NCBI GenBank assembly: GCA_048771875.1
Contig: CM109711.1
Span: forward strand, 4,367,768 to 4,431,767
Length of the DNA stretch: 64,000 bases
Direction of reading: 5' to 3'
Source: Ctenodactylus gundi
Lineage: Eukaryota
A program made the translations under genes and the position numbers. Positions 33,640 through 47,326 of this stretch are shown here, piece by piece. Positions within the stretch are counted from its first letter, which is position 1. Every line of letters begins with the position of its first letter. Under the pieces are notes generated by a model. It was given only the letters and a program-made list of their open reading frames with translations. It did no database searches and was not told where the DNA came from.

Positions 33640-34146
33640 TAATATGAAATAGAGAAATTAGCTGAGCTGGTATAGGCCCAGGCCAGCCTAGGGCAAAGTT
33701 AAGGAGGCTGGAAGAAGGGTGGGGAAAGGAGGGAGGCAAATCACCCAGCACAATGGTCAGAGGTGGCTCAGAATGTGGTAGATATTAGTTACTAAGGACT
33801 GGCTCAACACTTTGGACTGTAAAATGTAGTACCAAAAAAACGCGGGGGAGGGGGGTTCTAAATCATTCAAAACTAGCTGGTGAAGGAACGAACACAGGAC
33901 AAGAATGGGGAGGAGGGGACAAATGATGGCCTTTGAAAGGGCCATGCCTGAGGTGAGGAGCTGGAATGGGCTGTGCTAGCAGCAAGCAGAAAGAAACGGA
34001 GAAGGGCCAAAGTGAACTGTACCATGCAATGAAGGGACAAAAGAAAGACCCACGACTTGGCCAGCAGAGCCGGGGCAAAGGTCTGGGGAGAGAAAGACAG
34101 GGACTGGGTGCCAAAAGCATGTGGAAGGCAGGGAAAGGGTTAAAGG

Positions 34147-34383
34147 TCAGTCCTTGAAGACAATCTGTTGGCCATGAGGACGCTCGTCATGGGTGATATG
34201 GCGCCGCACATGGATCCTCCGGACACGGTGCTCCCGGTTCTCTTCATCCTCCCCTCGGCCTGCCCCACTACCTCCAGCTGCACCCCCTGTCGCCTCCAGG
34301 AGAGCTGGGTCTGGGACTCGGGGAGTCTCATAGATCAAGATGTTCAGGGTCTCCTCGAAAATCCGGGCCTCTGGGAATTCCAC
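34147..34383 (-). CDS. KCTD13: KCTD13 terminal coding exon ([34 protein letters not shown]...[14 protein letters not shown]-stop)
   Basis: Acceptor tttgcag|GTGGAATTC. The stop lies at 34147-34149. The C-terminus is identical to human KCTD13/BACURD1 apart from the G-rich segment. Confidence 0.9.
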   Translation of the reverse strand: MEFPEARIFEETLNILIYETPRVPDPALLEATGGAAGGSGAGRGEDEENREHRVRRIHVRRHITHDERPHGQQIVFKD

Positions 34384-36802
34384 CTGCAAAAAGGCCAGCA
34401 ACACCTAGCTCCGACCCCATGGTCCAGTCCACAGCCTCCTTCCCAGTGACTCCTGTACTCTGCACCTCTCTGCGGTCAAGTCCTGCGGCCTCAGTTGTTC
34501 TCCTTACAGCTTCCTTACTCTGCAAAGTCATATATCAAGACCCAGTTCTGAACTCAGACAGGCAGAATGACAGTTTTCTCTCCTTCCCTGCCAAGTCTCT
34601 TGATATGACAAATGCTGAGCGACTATACTACCTCTGGTAGGCACTGGGAAGACGCTAGTGAACAAGACAGATGAAAATGCCTGCCCTCAGCACGTTTACA
34701 CTCTAGGGAGGGACTCAGACACACCCTCAGTAAAATAAATACTAAATTAGATGGTGACTTTGTTTTCAGCACTAGGGACTGAACCCAGGGCCGTCTCACT
34801 GAACTGCAGACCTCCAGCTTCTCTTTCTTTACTATTTTGAGACTGGGTCTCAGTAAGTAGTCCAGATTAGGTTCAAACTTGAGATCTTTTTGCCTCGGTC
34901 TCCCAGAGTGCTGGGATTACAGGGGTGTGCCACCAGGCCCAGCCAGAAGATGCCAAATATTACGCAGAAAAGTAAATCAGGAAAAAGGGGATGAGAATGG
35001 CCATGGCTAGGAGTGTTACATCTTTCAACAGGGAGTTCAGGGAAGGCGTCACTGGGGAGGTGACATCTGACCAAAGCAGGGAGAGAGCTAGAAAAGAGAG
35101 CGCCGACTTGTAGGGAAAGCGTGGAAAGGGTGGATGACAGGAAGTATAAAAGCTCTACATCAGGAGAGTGCCTGTGTATCTTTCACAAATCACCAAGGAA
35201 GCCAATGCCATGGAAGAAGAGCAAAAAGGAATGAAGTAAGGAAGTCACTGGGGCATCCCATCCGTGGGCCCGGGGAGGATGCAACCAACACAGCTCAAGC
35301 TGTGCTCCAGTTAGTGGTTTATCTTCCAGTCTTCCGGGTGTAGAAGCTCGGGAAGCCACGTATACACATTCGTATACACATTCTTATGATGCTTCCTGGC
35401 TTCCCCTGAGTGACAGCAGCTAGGCTAGTGTTAGGGAGTTAGGGAAGGAAAATATACACACTGCCCTGCTGCTGAAGGGCAGCAACCACAGCCTCTACCC
35501 CGCAACCACAGTACAAAAAAAACACCCTCTTGACCCAAGAAGGGTGTGTCACCAACTTCGTCTGGGCTGGCTGGGATTCAAGTTCAAATGAGTCTCAAGG
35601 AAAATGATGCTTGGCTTGGATCTTGAAGGCTAAGTATAAGATCATTAGGCAGAAAGCTGGGTGTGGTGGTGCATGCCTGTAATCCCAGCACTTGGGAGGC
35701 TGGGGCAGGAAGATTGCCATGAGTCCAAGACCAGCCTGGGCTACACGGTGAGTTCAGGACCAGCCTGGACTACAGAGCGAGACCCCATCACAAAAGAAAA
35801 GGAAAAAAGAGAGAGAAAAAGAAAAAGACGATCATTAGACAGGAATGGAAGAAAAAATATTCTAAGATGAGGAACAGAGTGTGTGCCAGCAGCAGGCATG
35901 AAGCAGCTCTGGGCGCTTCGGACACCAGCAGACCCCTGTGCACCTGGGGCGCATCCCTCACATGGCGCCCAAAGGGGCAGGTAAGGGAGGGCTGCGCTTT
36001 ACTCAGCATTGCCTTGCCCATGGTTCCAAGCACGGAGCCACGCTGGGGAAAGAGTAGGAGCTCAGGAAATATCTGCCACCTCATGATCTACAAATCCAGG
36101 ATGTGTTCTAAGAGGCCAAGTGGTCCTGAGGTTTTGGTCCTGGTGACGGACCTGCTAAGATTCTAAAGACTACCATGGGTCTTTTTTTTTTTTTTGAGAT
36201 AGGGTCTCACTCTGTATCCCAGGCTGCTCCCGAATTCATTATGTAGCCCAAGGTAGCCTTGGATTCATGACAGTCCTCCTGCCTCAGCCTCCCAAGTGCT
36301 AGGATTATAGATGTGTGCTACTACACCCAGCTTACTGGTACTGGGGAAACAAACTCAAGGCCTTGTGCTTGCTAGGCACGCACTTTTACTGCTGTGCCAT
36401 TCCTCCAGTCCCTACAGTTTTTCTGTACACAAGAATACATACAAACATGCTCAGGTGTGATGTGGCTCTGAGGTAGTGCACTTGCAAAATGTGCATGGGG
36501 CACTGGGCTCAATTTCAGCACCACAAATTAAAAAAATAAAACACTACGCAATGCAAAGTTCTGGGTTCAATCTGTGGCATCAAAGCAAAATAAACCCCTG
36601 CTTTCACTCCAAATCCTTACTTCATGGGGAGAGAAATGGAGGCCATCTGCCCAAGTTACAGAGCCAAGACCCCAGAACTCTGATCCCAATCCACTGAGGG
36701 AGGGAACCTTGCCCACCAGATCTGCAGAGGTGTGCCTCTGTCCAGGGTCCTGGTCCTGCCAACCCCACACTCCTACCAGACTTGGCTCTGAAACCTGCTG
36801 AC

Positions 36803-36998
36803 CTTGGTCTGCTTCTTCTCGGTGGCATAGACAATGGAGGTGCAGCACACTTCGGCAATCTTGCGGCCCTGCCCGTAGAAAGACCAGCAGCAGATTTCGT
36901 CTCCCAGGACATCCTTGAGGAAAAGCAGCCGCCCGTGGAAGCGCAGGGCCAGTTTGTCAAACAGCTCGATGTTCTTAAGGAGGTTGTCATCTGAAGTG
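36803..36998 (-). CDS. KCTD13: KCTD13 coding exon 5 ([66 protein letters not shown])
   Basis: Acceptor cctcag|CACTTCAG. Donor AAG|gtcagc has +3 C. It matches the ORF 36773..37177. Confidence 0.85.
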
Positions 36999-37552
36999 CT
37001 GAGGACCAGGGGGCCAGCAGGCCTCAGCACAGGTGGCTTTCCACCTCTGTTCCCCCGTCCCACGGGGCCCAGACTCAACAACTCTGGCCCCAGAAAGCAA
37101 GCAGCATTGGCTGAGCATCCCAGAACAGCACAGCAGCTCCAGCGGAGGGCGCTGAAGCCCAGCTGCCCACCAGACACCTCAGCTCTGCCACTTCCTCACT
37201 GAATGTGACACGCGGCAAGTTACCTCACATTCTGGTGTCTCAATTTCCTCATTTGGTGACCAAAACACCTAGCTCAATCCAAAAGGAGGCTTGTGCCAGT
37301 GTGTCTGGTTTGAAAAGTAGGCACTTAGACCACCCAGCCAGGCCTCACCAAAACCCCTGCTTCCTGATAAAACTTAGGCTCAGCATGGGGTGGACCTGCT
37401 CAAAGCTCCCAGTGGGCAAGTGTCGGAACTGGCAGTGCATTCAGGCGTTCTGTAGTCTCTCCACATGGCCACAGCCCTCCCCTTGCACCAGGAGCAAGGC
37501 AGGATTCAGCCCTGTGCAGGACTGCCCACATGTGACAGCCCCCCGCGGTCAC

Positions 37553-37605
37553 CTGGTGTAGGAATACTTGTTGTTACTGCGGTTGTGCAGGAGCTTCACC
37601 ACGGG
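37553..37605 (-). CDS. KCTD13: KCTD13 coding exon 4 (PVVKLLHNRSNNKYSYT)
   Basis: Acceptor cccgcag|CCCGTGGTG and donor CCAG|gtgacc. The exon is 53 nt and leaves in phase 2. Confidence 0.85.
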
Positions 37606-37689
37606 CTGCGGGGGAAAGGGGGAAAGGACAGGGGTCAGGCTGTAGGGAGAGGCCCTCGGCTTCCACCATAAATCACTTAGGTGCCTCAC

Positions 37690-37779
37690 CTTGGAAGTGC
37701 TCGCCAGGAGCTGCTGCTCCTCGCGGGGAGAAGTCACAGTGGGGATGAGGCACAGCGGGGACAGGTTCTCCCTTTTTTG
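37690..37779 (-). CDS. KCTD13: KCTD13 coding exon 3 (QKRENLSPLCLIPTVTSPREEQQLLASTSK)
   Basis: Acceptor ccccag|CAAAAAAGG and donor CCAAG|gtgaggc. The exon is 90 nt. Confidence 0.85.
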
Positions 37780-40424
37780 CTGGGGAAGAAGTGGTAGATA
37801 GTTAACAGCACACACGGGGCACTTACTCTCCTACTTAAAAGCCTTCAGTAACTAACTGTGGCCCTTGAGGGCATAAACTCTGACTCCTTACTGTTCCACA
37901 AGGTTCTGAGGAGGCAACCTCTCTGGTCTCAGCTCTGCCACTCTCCCTGGCTGGGCACAGACCCTTGCCTGCCTTGTTCTTTCACACATCCAGCTTGGGC
38001 CCGCCCCGGCCCTGGGCTGCTCTTCATTAAGGTACTCCCACAGATGCCTCCTCTAGTTCATTTTGTTCACAGCACTTGGTTCGCAGCACTTTTCTAACTT
38101 TTTGTGTATTTGTTTACGGTCTATTTCTTCCTACCTGGAGATAAGTGCCTACTGTATAGATGAGTGCTCAGTAAGTACTTGTTGAAAGAATGAATCTGGT
38201 TGGTAGAAAGAGGTTGAAGAATCAGAGCCTTCTACTTGGCTTTGGTTTTATAGCAGGGTCTTACTAAGTAAAAATAAAAAATCTTGTCTTACTTACAAGG
38301 CTAGCCCATTCTAGCTCTGAACTTGTAATTCTTCTGCCCTGGCCTCCCTACTACTGAGATGACAGGCATGTGCCCCATGCCTAGCTACCTGGGCTTCTCT
38401 TGTCTTCCCTTCCAGAATCTTCATGCCAAAACCCTCCCAATCTTGAAAACTAAATATGAAATTCTACTATGAATTATAGGGGTTTTTTTAGTAAGGAAAT
38501 TCTTGCCGAGTGTGGTGGCACACACCTCTAATCCCATCACTCAGGAGGATAAGGCAGGACGACTATTACCATGAGTTCAAAGCCAGCCTGGGCTTCTTAG
38601 TGAGTTCAGGACCAACCTGGACTATAGTGCAAAACCTTGTCTCAAAAAAAAGAAAGAAAGAAAGAAAGAAAGAAAAAGAAAGGAAATAAGAAATCTGTAA
38701 GACTTTTTCTAAAATTAGTATGTAAGGCATATAAAATTAACATGTAAAGCAATGGCACATGCCTATACTCCCAGCTACTTGGAAGACAGAGATATGAAAA
38801 TCACTTGGGCCTAGGAGTTTGAGATCAGTCTGGACAAAATGGTGAGACTCTCTTAAAAAAAAAAAGATAAATATAAGGAATAAAAGTCTACAATTATTTA
38901 ACATTAGTCCATCGGTCTTTTTAAATATCAAGATGTACTACATGACAGAGTGTACAGCTCAGTGATTTAATCACTTGCCTAGGAAGTGTGAGACCCAGCA
39001 CCACATAACAGCTGGGCATGGTGGCACATACCTGTAATCCAAGCACTTGGAAGGATGAGGCAGGGAGATTGTGAATTCCAGGCCAGCCTGAGCTACACAG
39101 TGAGTTCAGGATCAGCCTGGACTACAGAACAAGACCCAGTGTCAAAAATAAAAATAAAAAAGTAATAAATAAAAATAAAAATTCAAAAAGATGCATTACA
39201 AAACCATAATAATGAAAAGTGTTGTTCTGGTGCAGAAACAAACAAAAACCCAAGAGAACATGACAGAGAACCTGGAAATAGACCTGTGTGTGTCTGTGTG
39301 TGAGTGTGTGTTTTAAGACACCTCAACTGAGCAAGGGGAAGTGTTACTAGTTATCTATTGCTGTCACAAATTGTAGTAAACTCAATACCTTTAATTAACA
39401 AAAAAAAAATATTGTTTCAGTTTCCATGGGCCAAGAAATATGATGTGGACTAGCCAGGCAGCTCTGACATGGGGTCTTGTGCTCGCTTCAGCAGCACATA
39501 TACTAAGAGGGTGTGATCTTTAGGGGCTGCAAGCAGCTGAAGGCATGACTGCCTGGGAAGGATCCACTTCCGAGGAAGCTTAGTCATACAGTTGGTACAT
39601 TTACACCAGTTGTTGACAGGAAATGTGGAATCTCTGCTACCAGAAATTCTTTGTAGGTTTGAATGTCCTTTGAACTGGCAGCTCGTTTCTTCAGAATAAT
39701 TCAAGAAACAGCAAAGTGAAGACTTCTTTTTCTCCTTCACACTCACCTACCCCTCCGGCCCATTTTTGATGTTTGGATAGGGTTTCAGTGAGTCTCTGTT
39801 GCCTAGGCTGGGCTGAAACTTGAGATTCTCCTGCCTCAGCATCTAGAGTGCAGGAGTTACAAGTGTGTACCACTGGGCTGGTTCTTAGTATCTTTCATGA
39901 CACAAATTTATCAGCCTGTTCAGTGTGGGAAGTGACAAAGGGAATACTTGGGGACAAGAATCCCTGAAGGCTGCCTTAGAGACTGGTTCCACAGTCTACT
40001 ATGGTGCCCACTAATTCACATGCAAAAAAAGCCGCTCTCCTCATCCAACCTGGTCTCATCCCATTGCAGCACCAGCTCTAAATACAGAATGCTGACTTCT
40101 AAATCAGGTCCCGGTGGAGATGAAGCTCCCCAGATCCTGAAGGGCATTTCCTGTCTAGTTTATGAACCATGAACAAGGAAGAGGTTGAATCCTTTACAAT
40201 AGCTAATTTTCAGCAGTGAAGCAGGCACAGGATACCCACTAGGGGCATTCTTGTTCCAAAGTGAGAGGGTAGGTCACAGAAGTCACTGGTTTTGGAGGTT
40301 CCGTAATCCACCTGGATGAACACTGGGAAAGCTTTGATGGCTGCTCCTGTTCAGGAGTGATTCTCCACGGCTCCTAAGCCCCAAGTCACCTTTTCTTTTC
40401 TACACAAGATATTCACATGGGCTG

Positions 40425-40660
40425 GAGGAATGGCACAGTGGTTAAAGCGTTGGCTTGCGAGTGCAAGGCCCTGAGTTCAATTCCCCAGTGCCACATTAAA
40501 ATCTGGGCGTGGTAGTGCACAGCTGTAAACCCAGCACTTGGCAGGCTGAGGTAGGACTGCTGTGAGTCCAGGACCAGCCTGGGCTCCATACTGAGTTCAG
40601 GATCAGCCTGGGCTACAGAGACCCTGTCTCAAAAAAAAAAAAAAAAAAAAATTGCAACTC
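40425..40660 (+). mobile_element. Composite tRNA+B1 SINE with long A-tail (KCTD13 intron 2)
   Basis: Core gggctggaggaatggcacagtggttaaagcgttggcttgcgagtgcaaggccctgagttcaattccccagtgccacattaaaatctgggcgtggtagtgcac...aaaaaaaaaaaaaaaaaaaaa. Confidence 0.65.
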
Positions 40661-43600
40661 CAGTTTCCCCAGCCTGCTTCCTAGCTGCAGAAGTTCAGGG
40701 GCCCAGAGCCCTCTTCTTTGGCTTTGGCTCTGTCCACTTTAGTCCAAGAAGGTAGTGTTTTTGCCAATAATTCTCTAAGTGTCTTATAAATTTTGAGGTT
40801 TACTGCATAAGCAAAACAGCCATACCCACAATCCTCTGCAAGAGCAGCCTTTCTCTACTTTGGACCTGTGCTCAGCCTGAAGAGACCACGCTCTTCAGCT
40901 TCTCAGCAGTGCCATTACCTGATGAGAGTTCTGAGGTGTTTCCTTGAATATTTCTAAAGTCTTCACAAAGGACTTTATTATAATTCCGTCTCAGGTTCAT
41001 CTTTAGACCACGTTTACCTGAGAATGCTGTGTATCTGATCTTTGTCTGGAAGTCATGTGTTTACTTTAACATGGTTGTTACCTGGAAAGGCTGGGAATTT
41101 TCAAATCCAACATTTTCTCGCTTTTTAACTGTGTTTTCTCTCTTCTGCTTTTGTATCAGCTATTGCCAAGTGGTACCTCCAGCATTCTGCCTGGGAATCT
41201 TCCTTAGCCAGATCACTCAGTTCATTGGGTGTATTTTTGGCTTTCCACATTATTGTGGGAACTAATATAGCTGAACTTTGTGCGACTACATAACCAGGAT
41301 TTCCTAACTATTCTTTTTTATCTAGTATTATTCTATTTTTTATGTCTTCACTGCTGCTACTTCAAAGAAGGCTTAGCGTTCTGCTCCTTCCAGCTTCTGC
41401 CCACTTCTTAGTTCTAAAGCTACTTCCACATTTTAGGTCTTTGCTATGGCAGATTCCCCACTCCAGCAAGCAAAATCTATTATCATTTCCTGGGTAACGG
41501 ATTACTACAAATTTAGCAACTTAAAACAGTAAACATACATGTTCTGTGGTCGGGAATTTAAGACTAGCCTGGCTGAATGGGCCCCAGCCTGGGCTCTCCC
41601 ATGAAGTTCCAAGTTAGCTGTCAGTTGGGGCTCTTTCACATGAAGGCTTGATTAGGCCTATAGGACTTGCTTCTGAGGCAGCTCACCCACATGGCTGAGG
41701 TTGTGTTGCTGCTGGTGGGATGTTTTAGGTCGCTACTACAGGGATCTCTTCAGTGTGCTGCTTATGTCCTTACATAACAGCTGGCTTCTCAGAGTGAATG
41801 ATCCAAGAGTGAGGCAGAAGTTCTATCATCTTTTATGATCTAGCTTCAAGAGTTACACACTATCATGTTTGTAATGTCCCGCTGCTTATCTATGTTAGCC
41901 TTATGAAGTAAGGCAGAAGAGCATGGAGACAAGAATCACTGGTGGCCATCCTGGCTGCTAACTCTCAAAGAATGCGTCATAGACCATACTGAAAAAATGA
42001 GCTCATTCTATGGAAGATGGAAAAAAAAAGGAGTTGGGGTTGGGAGTGTACCTCCATGGTTAAAGCATCTGCCTAGGGTTGGGGGTGTAGAGCAGTGGTT
42101 AGGGTCCTGGGTTCACCATATCAACTGTGGGCATGGTGGTACACAACTATAAGCCCAACACTCAGGAAGGCGAGGGAGGAGGAATTCTTTGAGTTCTATC
42201 CCAGGCTGGGCTACATAGTGAGCTCAGGCCCTGGGTTTAATTCTCCAGTGCCATATAAAAAAGCCCTGTATGGTGGTACACACCTATAATCCCAGCACTC
42301 AGGAGACAGAGTCAGGAAGGCTGCCAGTGAATCTGAGGCGAGTCTGGGCTACATAATGAGTTCGGGACCACCTAAGTCTATAGCATAAGACCCTATCTTT
42401 TTTAAAAAAAAAGAGTTAAACTCTTTCATAGTCCACATTCATAAAAGTTAGTTCTCCCGAGACCAGGATGTTCTTATATGAAAAAAGCCATATATAAAAC
42501 ATTAAATCTAATTTTTAAAATATAGATTAGAAAGCCAGACATGGTAGTGCATGTCTGAAATCCCAGCACTTAGGAAGCTGAAGTAGAATTCCAAGTTTGA
42601 GGTTAGCCTGGACTACACAGTGAGATTCTTTCTCAAAAAACAAAATGAAATAATAACAACAACAAAAACTTCTCTAAAAAAACCCACAACACTGTGAAAA
42701 AAAATTGCTAAGTCCATTAATGTTAAGAATTTCTCAGTTGAAGCCAGACAAGGTGGTACCGTTAACCCCCTGGGAGCTACTTAGGAGGCAGAGGCAAAAC
42801 GAGCCTGGGCAACTTAACAAGACTGTCAGAGAATGAAAAAAGAAAAAAAAAGTGCTAGGGACATAGCTCGGTGGAACAGCACCCACTGTGTTTTAACCCC
42901 AGTACCACCAAAAAAAAAAAAAAAAAAAAAATTCTCAGTTGATAACGGAAAGCAAGACTTTACAAACAATCCCATGGACTAAAGCCAAAGTATTTCAATC
43001 CTACAACCCTAATGAAATCACTGATTTAGACAAAAATGATCAATTAGTGTGTTGGTGATAGGTAAGTACCAATTGTAGTTTTACAAACTACAACACAGAT
43101 GTTTATAGTTGGCAACAAGAAAATGTAACTACATCACTATCACCTGAGTCCAGGGGCCAGTTCTGAGCGTCTTTAATCAGAGGTCATAGGTGCAATATTA
43201 AGGGTTTCTCAAAGTAACCCAATATGAAATATACAACATTACCTAAAATGTATTCTAATCAAAATGTTTAATAACAAGCCTTGAAACTTAACGGTCTAAT
43301 TTACAGGAAATTCTGGATAAGCAAGGCAATAAAGCAAATCACACCAGGAGTAAATAACCTGGCAAATTAGGTAAGCAGCCTCTTAAACAAGTCAGTATCA
43401 TGAGAAAAAAGAGGACCGTTTTAGATTCAAAGCTACTTACAGATCATAATAGGCAGGTGCAATGTGAGGATCTGGTTTAGACAAACCAGCTATAAAAAAA
43501 ATTTCTGCAACAATGGGAGAAACTGGAGTATGCTCTGGACATCAGATAAGAATTTTATTGATACAGAAAAATGGCAATTATTAACAATGACCAAAAAAAG

Positions 43601-43959
43601 CTTACAAAACAGTACATACAATATGACTGTATTCTGGCAGAGACACACACATGCATACACATAATCATACACAGAAAGACCTGGAAAAAAATTGTTATTT
43701 TCATTTTTTGCTTACTTATGCTTCCCAAATTTCTACAATAGATAAATACTACTTTAAAAATATTGGTTATTTGTAATTTTTGAAAAATAAAGAATTTCTA
43801 GTTAATACCAGGTGATATTTCTAAGAGAAAATATTGGCAATATCTAAAACTGACCACAAATTATTTTCTAGAACAGACTTTCTCAAATAGAGATCCTCAT
43901 CTGAATAATGCCAGTATTTTCTGAACTCTTCCAAGTATGGCTGGTAAACAGTATTGTTT

Positions 43960-44870
43960 TAGACGTTCAGGAGAAAACTGTACAACACATGCCTTAGAAC
44001 ATGTATAATACATGCCCTTATGTAATATAGCTTAATTCCCCCTAAGAAATAAACTAAGCTATGAAAGGATTTCCCGCCAAGCCACAAGAAGACAGGCAAT
44101 CCAGTAGAAAATTTGGTAAAGGATATAAATAAGTAATTTACAGAAAGGGATACCAAACAAGCTATTGAGTATGTATATGAAAAGATGCTCCAAAAAAAGA
44201 TGTATAACCTCGTCAGTCATCAGAGGCATGCAAAGTTAAATGAGACCACTCCATATACATCAGACTGGCAAAATCAGAAAGATGGAGGATGCCATGTGTT
44301 ACTGAGAATATGCTGCATTAGCATCTCTTATGTACTGCGGGTAGGAGTATAAACTATATATACGTTTGGAGGAGCAATCTGATGATATTTACTGAAGTTT
44401 GATTTACATGTATTCCATGACCCAGCAGTTCTCTCGGCTACAATCATAAAAAACTGGCATAGGACCATAAAGAGACATATACAAGAATGCTCATGGTGGC
44501 ACTGTTTGTGGGAGCAGTAAGTGGGAGCAATTCAGGTTTCCAATGTCACAGGAATGCATAAATAAAATAGTGAGCAAAAACCACAGATTTCTGTGCAGCT
44601 GTTAGAAGCAAAGGAGATATACATGCAGCAGCACGAACAAATCTTGAAAAAAGTGCTGAATGAAAAAACTATGAACACGATTGATGGCTCAACGCCATTT
44701 ACGGCAATTGACAGTGCACAGACAAAAGAATGTCTTAGTTTATCAAGGGCACAAGCAACCCAATATACATATATAAACATGAGAACTGAATGGGTGCTCC
44801 CTGGGGAAAGGAAAGTGGGTAGGAGATTGAGAATGAAGGAAAAAAAAATTAAATGAGAAAAGAGGGGCTG
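43960..44870 (+). mobile_element. LINE-1 3' fragment (ORF2 C-terminal region + 3' UTR) in KCTD13 intron 2
   Basis: Translation shows L1 ORF2-tail-like peptides. The 3' region is A-rich and ends in an A-run at about 44845-44870. Confidence 0.55.
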
Positions 44871-46242
44871 GAGGCATAGCTCAGTGATTAGAGCACTTCG
44901 TAGCACAATGCTCCATCCCCCAGCACCACATAATAACTGGGCACTGTAGTGCACATCTGTAATCCCAGCAGTTGGGAGGCCGAGGCAGGAGGGCTGTTGT
45001 GTGTTTGAGGCCAGGTTGGACAATATACTGAGTCCAGATCTCCTGGACTACAGAGTGCGACCCTGTCCCAAAAAAGAAAAAAAAAAGTGAAAAGATTTGC
45101 ATAGACCAATGATGACTGTGTGTCATACATCGAGGAGTGTGCTGAGCTGTCCAAGGTAGGGAGAGGCAGCGTCTCCAGGACACATGAAAAAGAGCCAGGG
45201 CAGCACAGAAGAAAAGTACTGGGAGTCAGATACCCAGGGGTTGAATCTAAGCTCTGCTACTTATCGTGTTCACTGACCTTAAATGCATCATCCAACTTCC
45301 CTTGTGTTTCTTTTTTGTCAACCCAGGGTACAAAATGTGCACACAAGCAGACAGCAAATTCATTAATGACACACAGTGGGTGTGCAGTAGCAATTAAAAT
45401 TATAGTGCAGGAGCGTACTCCCAAGATCCAACCTTACTTTACAGAAAGTGGTTGTTTCTGTGACAATGTTTTTCAGTTACAAGTAGTAACTCATTAATGT
45501 GTCATGAAATAAGCTTGGGACTCAAACAGTATTAGATTAGGAAGAAAGGAAGGAAGGAAGGAAATAGAATATATTAAAGTACACGTCACTGAAAGTATGC
45601 TTTAATAAAACTCAGTTATGTACATGACTATAAAAGTTTTTTTCCTCCTTATGAACTACAGTCAAAAGTTTTAAAAACATGAATTTAATATCATTGCACA
45701 TCAAGAACAAGTAAGTATTCCTTGGGATGAGAGGCTATTTAGAGTCAGAATTTTTTAATCTATAGAGCATTAAAAAAGAAACTCATAATCTCCTATTACT
45801 ATTGTGTAACAGAACACTTTAACACTGTAAAAACTGAACAGAATAAAAGACTTTCTTTAAAACTCATTACATTGTACTTATTTTTCTTGGCTCCTTATCT
45901 TTTGAAATATGAGGAGAAAATGCCAGAGGAAGGAACTGACCTACTCAAGGTCGCTCAGTGGGCTGTGACAGAAGGGCCTCCACACCCCACGGTGCTGAAT
46001 GCTTTCAGTACCCTAAAAAATCCACAGAAATGCAGCCCAGTGGTACAGATGGAGCTCTGGAACCCACTAACCCCATTTAACAGAAAGTGATTTCATTCTC
46101 TGACAAATGAAGAAAGAATTACACTGCTTTAAAATAAAAAAAGACAGACAGCTTGTTCCTGACAGAGGAGAGACATGGAAAAATGCTGCCTGCCACGATA
46201 AGAGCAGATAATGGAAGTTACTATCTTGCAATTTTCTTTCTT

Positions 46243-46375
46243 TCATTCATTTATTTTTGAGGCAGGGTGTCGCTTTGCAGTCTCACTTATTTATTTATTT
46301 TTGAGGCAGGGTCTTACTTTGCAGTTTCATTTATTTGTTTTTGAGGCAGTGTCTTGCTTTGCAGTACAGGTTGGT
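46243..46375. repeat. Tandem triplication (~45 bp unit) of a SINE-tail segment
   Basis: The unit atttatttatttttgaggcagggtcttactttgcagt appears three times with small variations. Confidence 0.7.
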
Positions 46376-47156
46376 CCTGAACTCACTATGAAGTATGAAG
46401 CCCAGGCTGGCCTTGGACTTACAGCAATCCTCCTGCCTCAGCCACACAAGTGCTGGGATTACAGGCACGCGGCACCACACCTACTTTTTGCGGTGCTAGG
46501 TAATCAAACTCGGGGCCTTGAGCTAGCTAGGCAAGCACTTTAATAGCTGAGCTATTCCTCCAGCCCCTTCCTTCCTTCCTTCCTTTCTTTTCCTTCTTTC
46601 TCTTTCATGGTACTAGGAACTGAACCCAGGCCCTTTGCACGGAACTACATTCCCAGCTCTTATTTTTTGTTTTGAGATAGTGTTTCATTAAGGTGCCCAT
46701 GCTGGGCTCAAATTTGTAATCCTCATGCTTCAGCCTCCCAGAGTACTAAGATTACAAGCGTGTGCCACCACGCCTGGTCAAAGTTCAATGTAGATGTGTT
46801 TTTCTCTAATGACATAGGTAGCTATTTGGGACTTCTGATCAAAGGACAAAAATAGAATAGGGCTGTGGTTAAGGATGAGCACTCAGGTCATAGCGAAGCA
46901 GCTGGACTGGAGGGAAAGGAAGAGAGAGAAGCAGAGAACAAGTATTTAATCATCACCACAATCCTGGCATGAGATAGTGAGGGAACTCTGCTTGAGACAG
47001 CAGGGATGCAGAGCATAGTACCCCCAAATTCTGAGGCAGGCTCTCCAGGCCATATGCCACACCTCCCTTTTTTCTGTCCTATTAGTTAGCTAATGCTTGG
47101 ACAGCTCTCCTAGGCACGTGGACACAGGGACTCAAGAGGTGGGGGAGGGCCCTCAC

Positions 47157-47326
47157 CTGCAGTGCTAGTTGGCAGTCCTCAATCAGGCCCTGTACCAGGT
47201 AGTAGCGGGCTTCGCCTAGTAGCTCCCCCAGCTCTCTGGCACTCTCAGGCAGTGGTACCGACCCATCTCGCAGATAGTTGAGGATTGTGCCAAAGTGACG
47301 GCCGCTGCGATCAATCAGCACCCAAC
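47157..47326 (-). CDS. KCTD13: KCTD13 coding exon 2 (BTB/POZ domain: [56 protein letters not shown])
   Basis: Acceptor caccag|GTTGGGTG and donor CTGCAG|gtgagg. The BTB motif is shared with the TNFAIP1/KCTD10 family. It matches the ORF 47082..47321. Confidence 0.9.

Noticed and set aside
33966-34157. Plus-strand 63 aa ORF (MGCASSKQKETEKGQSELYHAMKGQKKDPR...) resembling a myristoylation-type N-terminus
   Set aside because: It lies in the KCTD13 3' UTR and ASPHD1 downstream region, antisense to KCTD13. It is short and unsupported. The N-terminal MGCxxS motif resemblance is probably chance.
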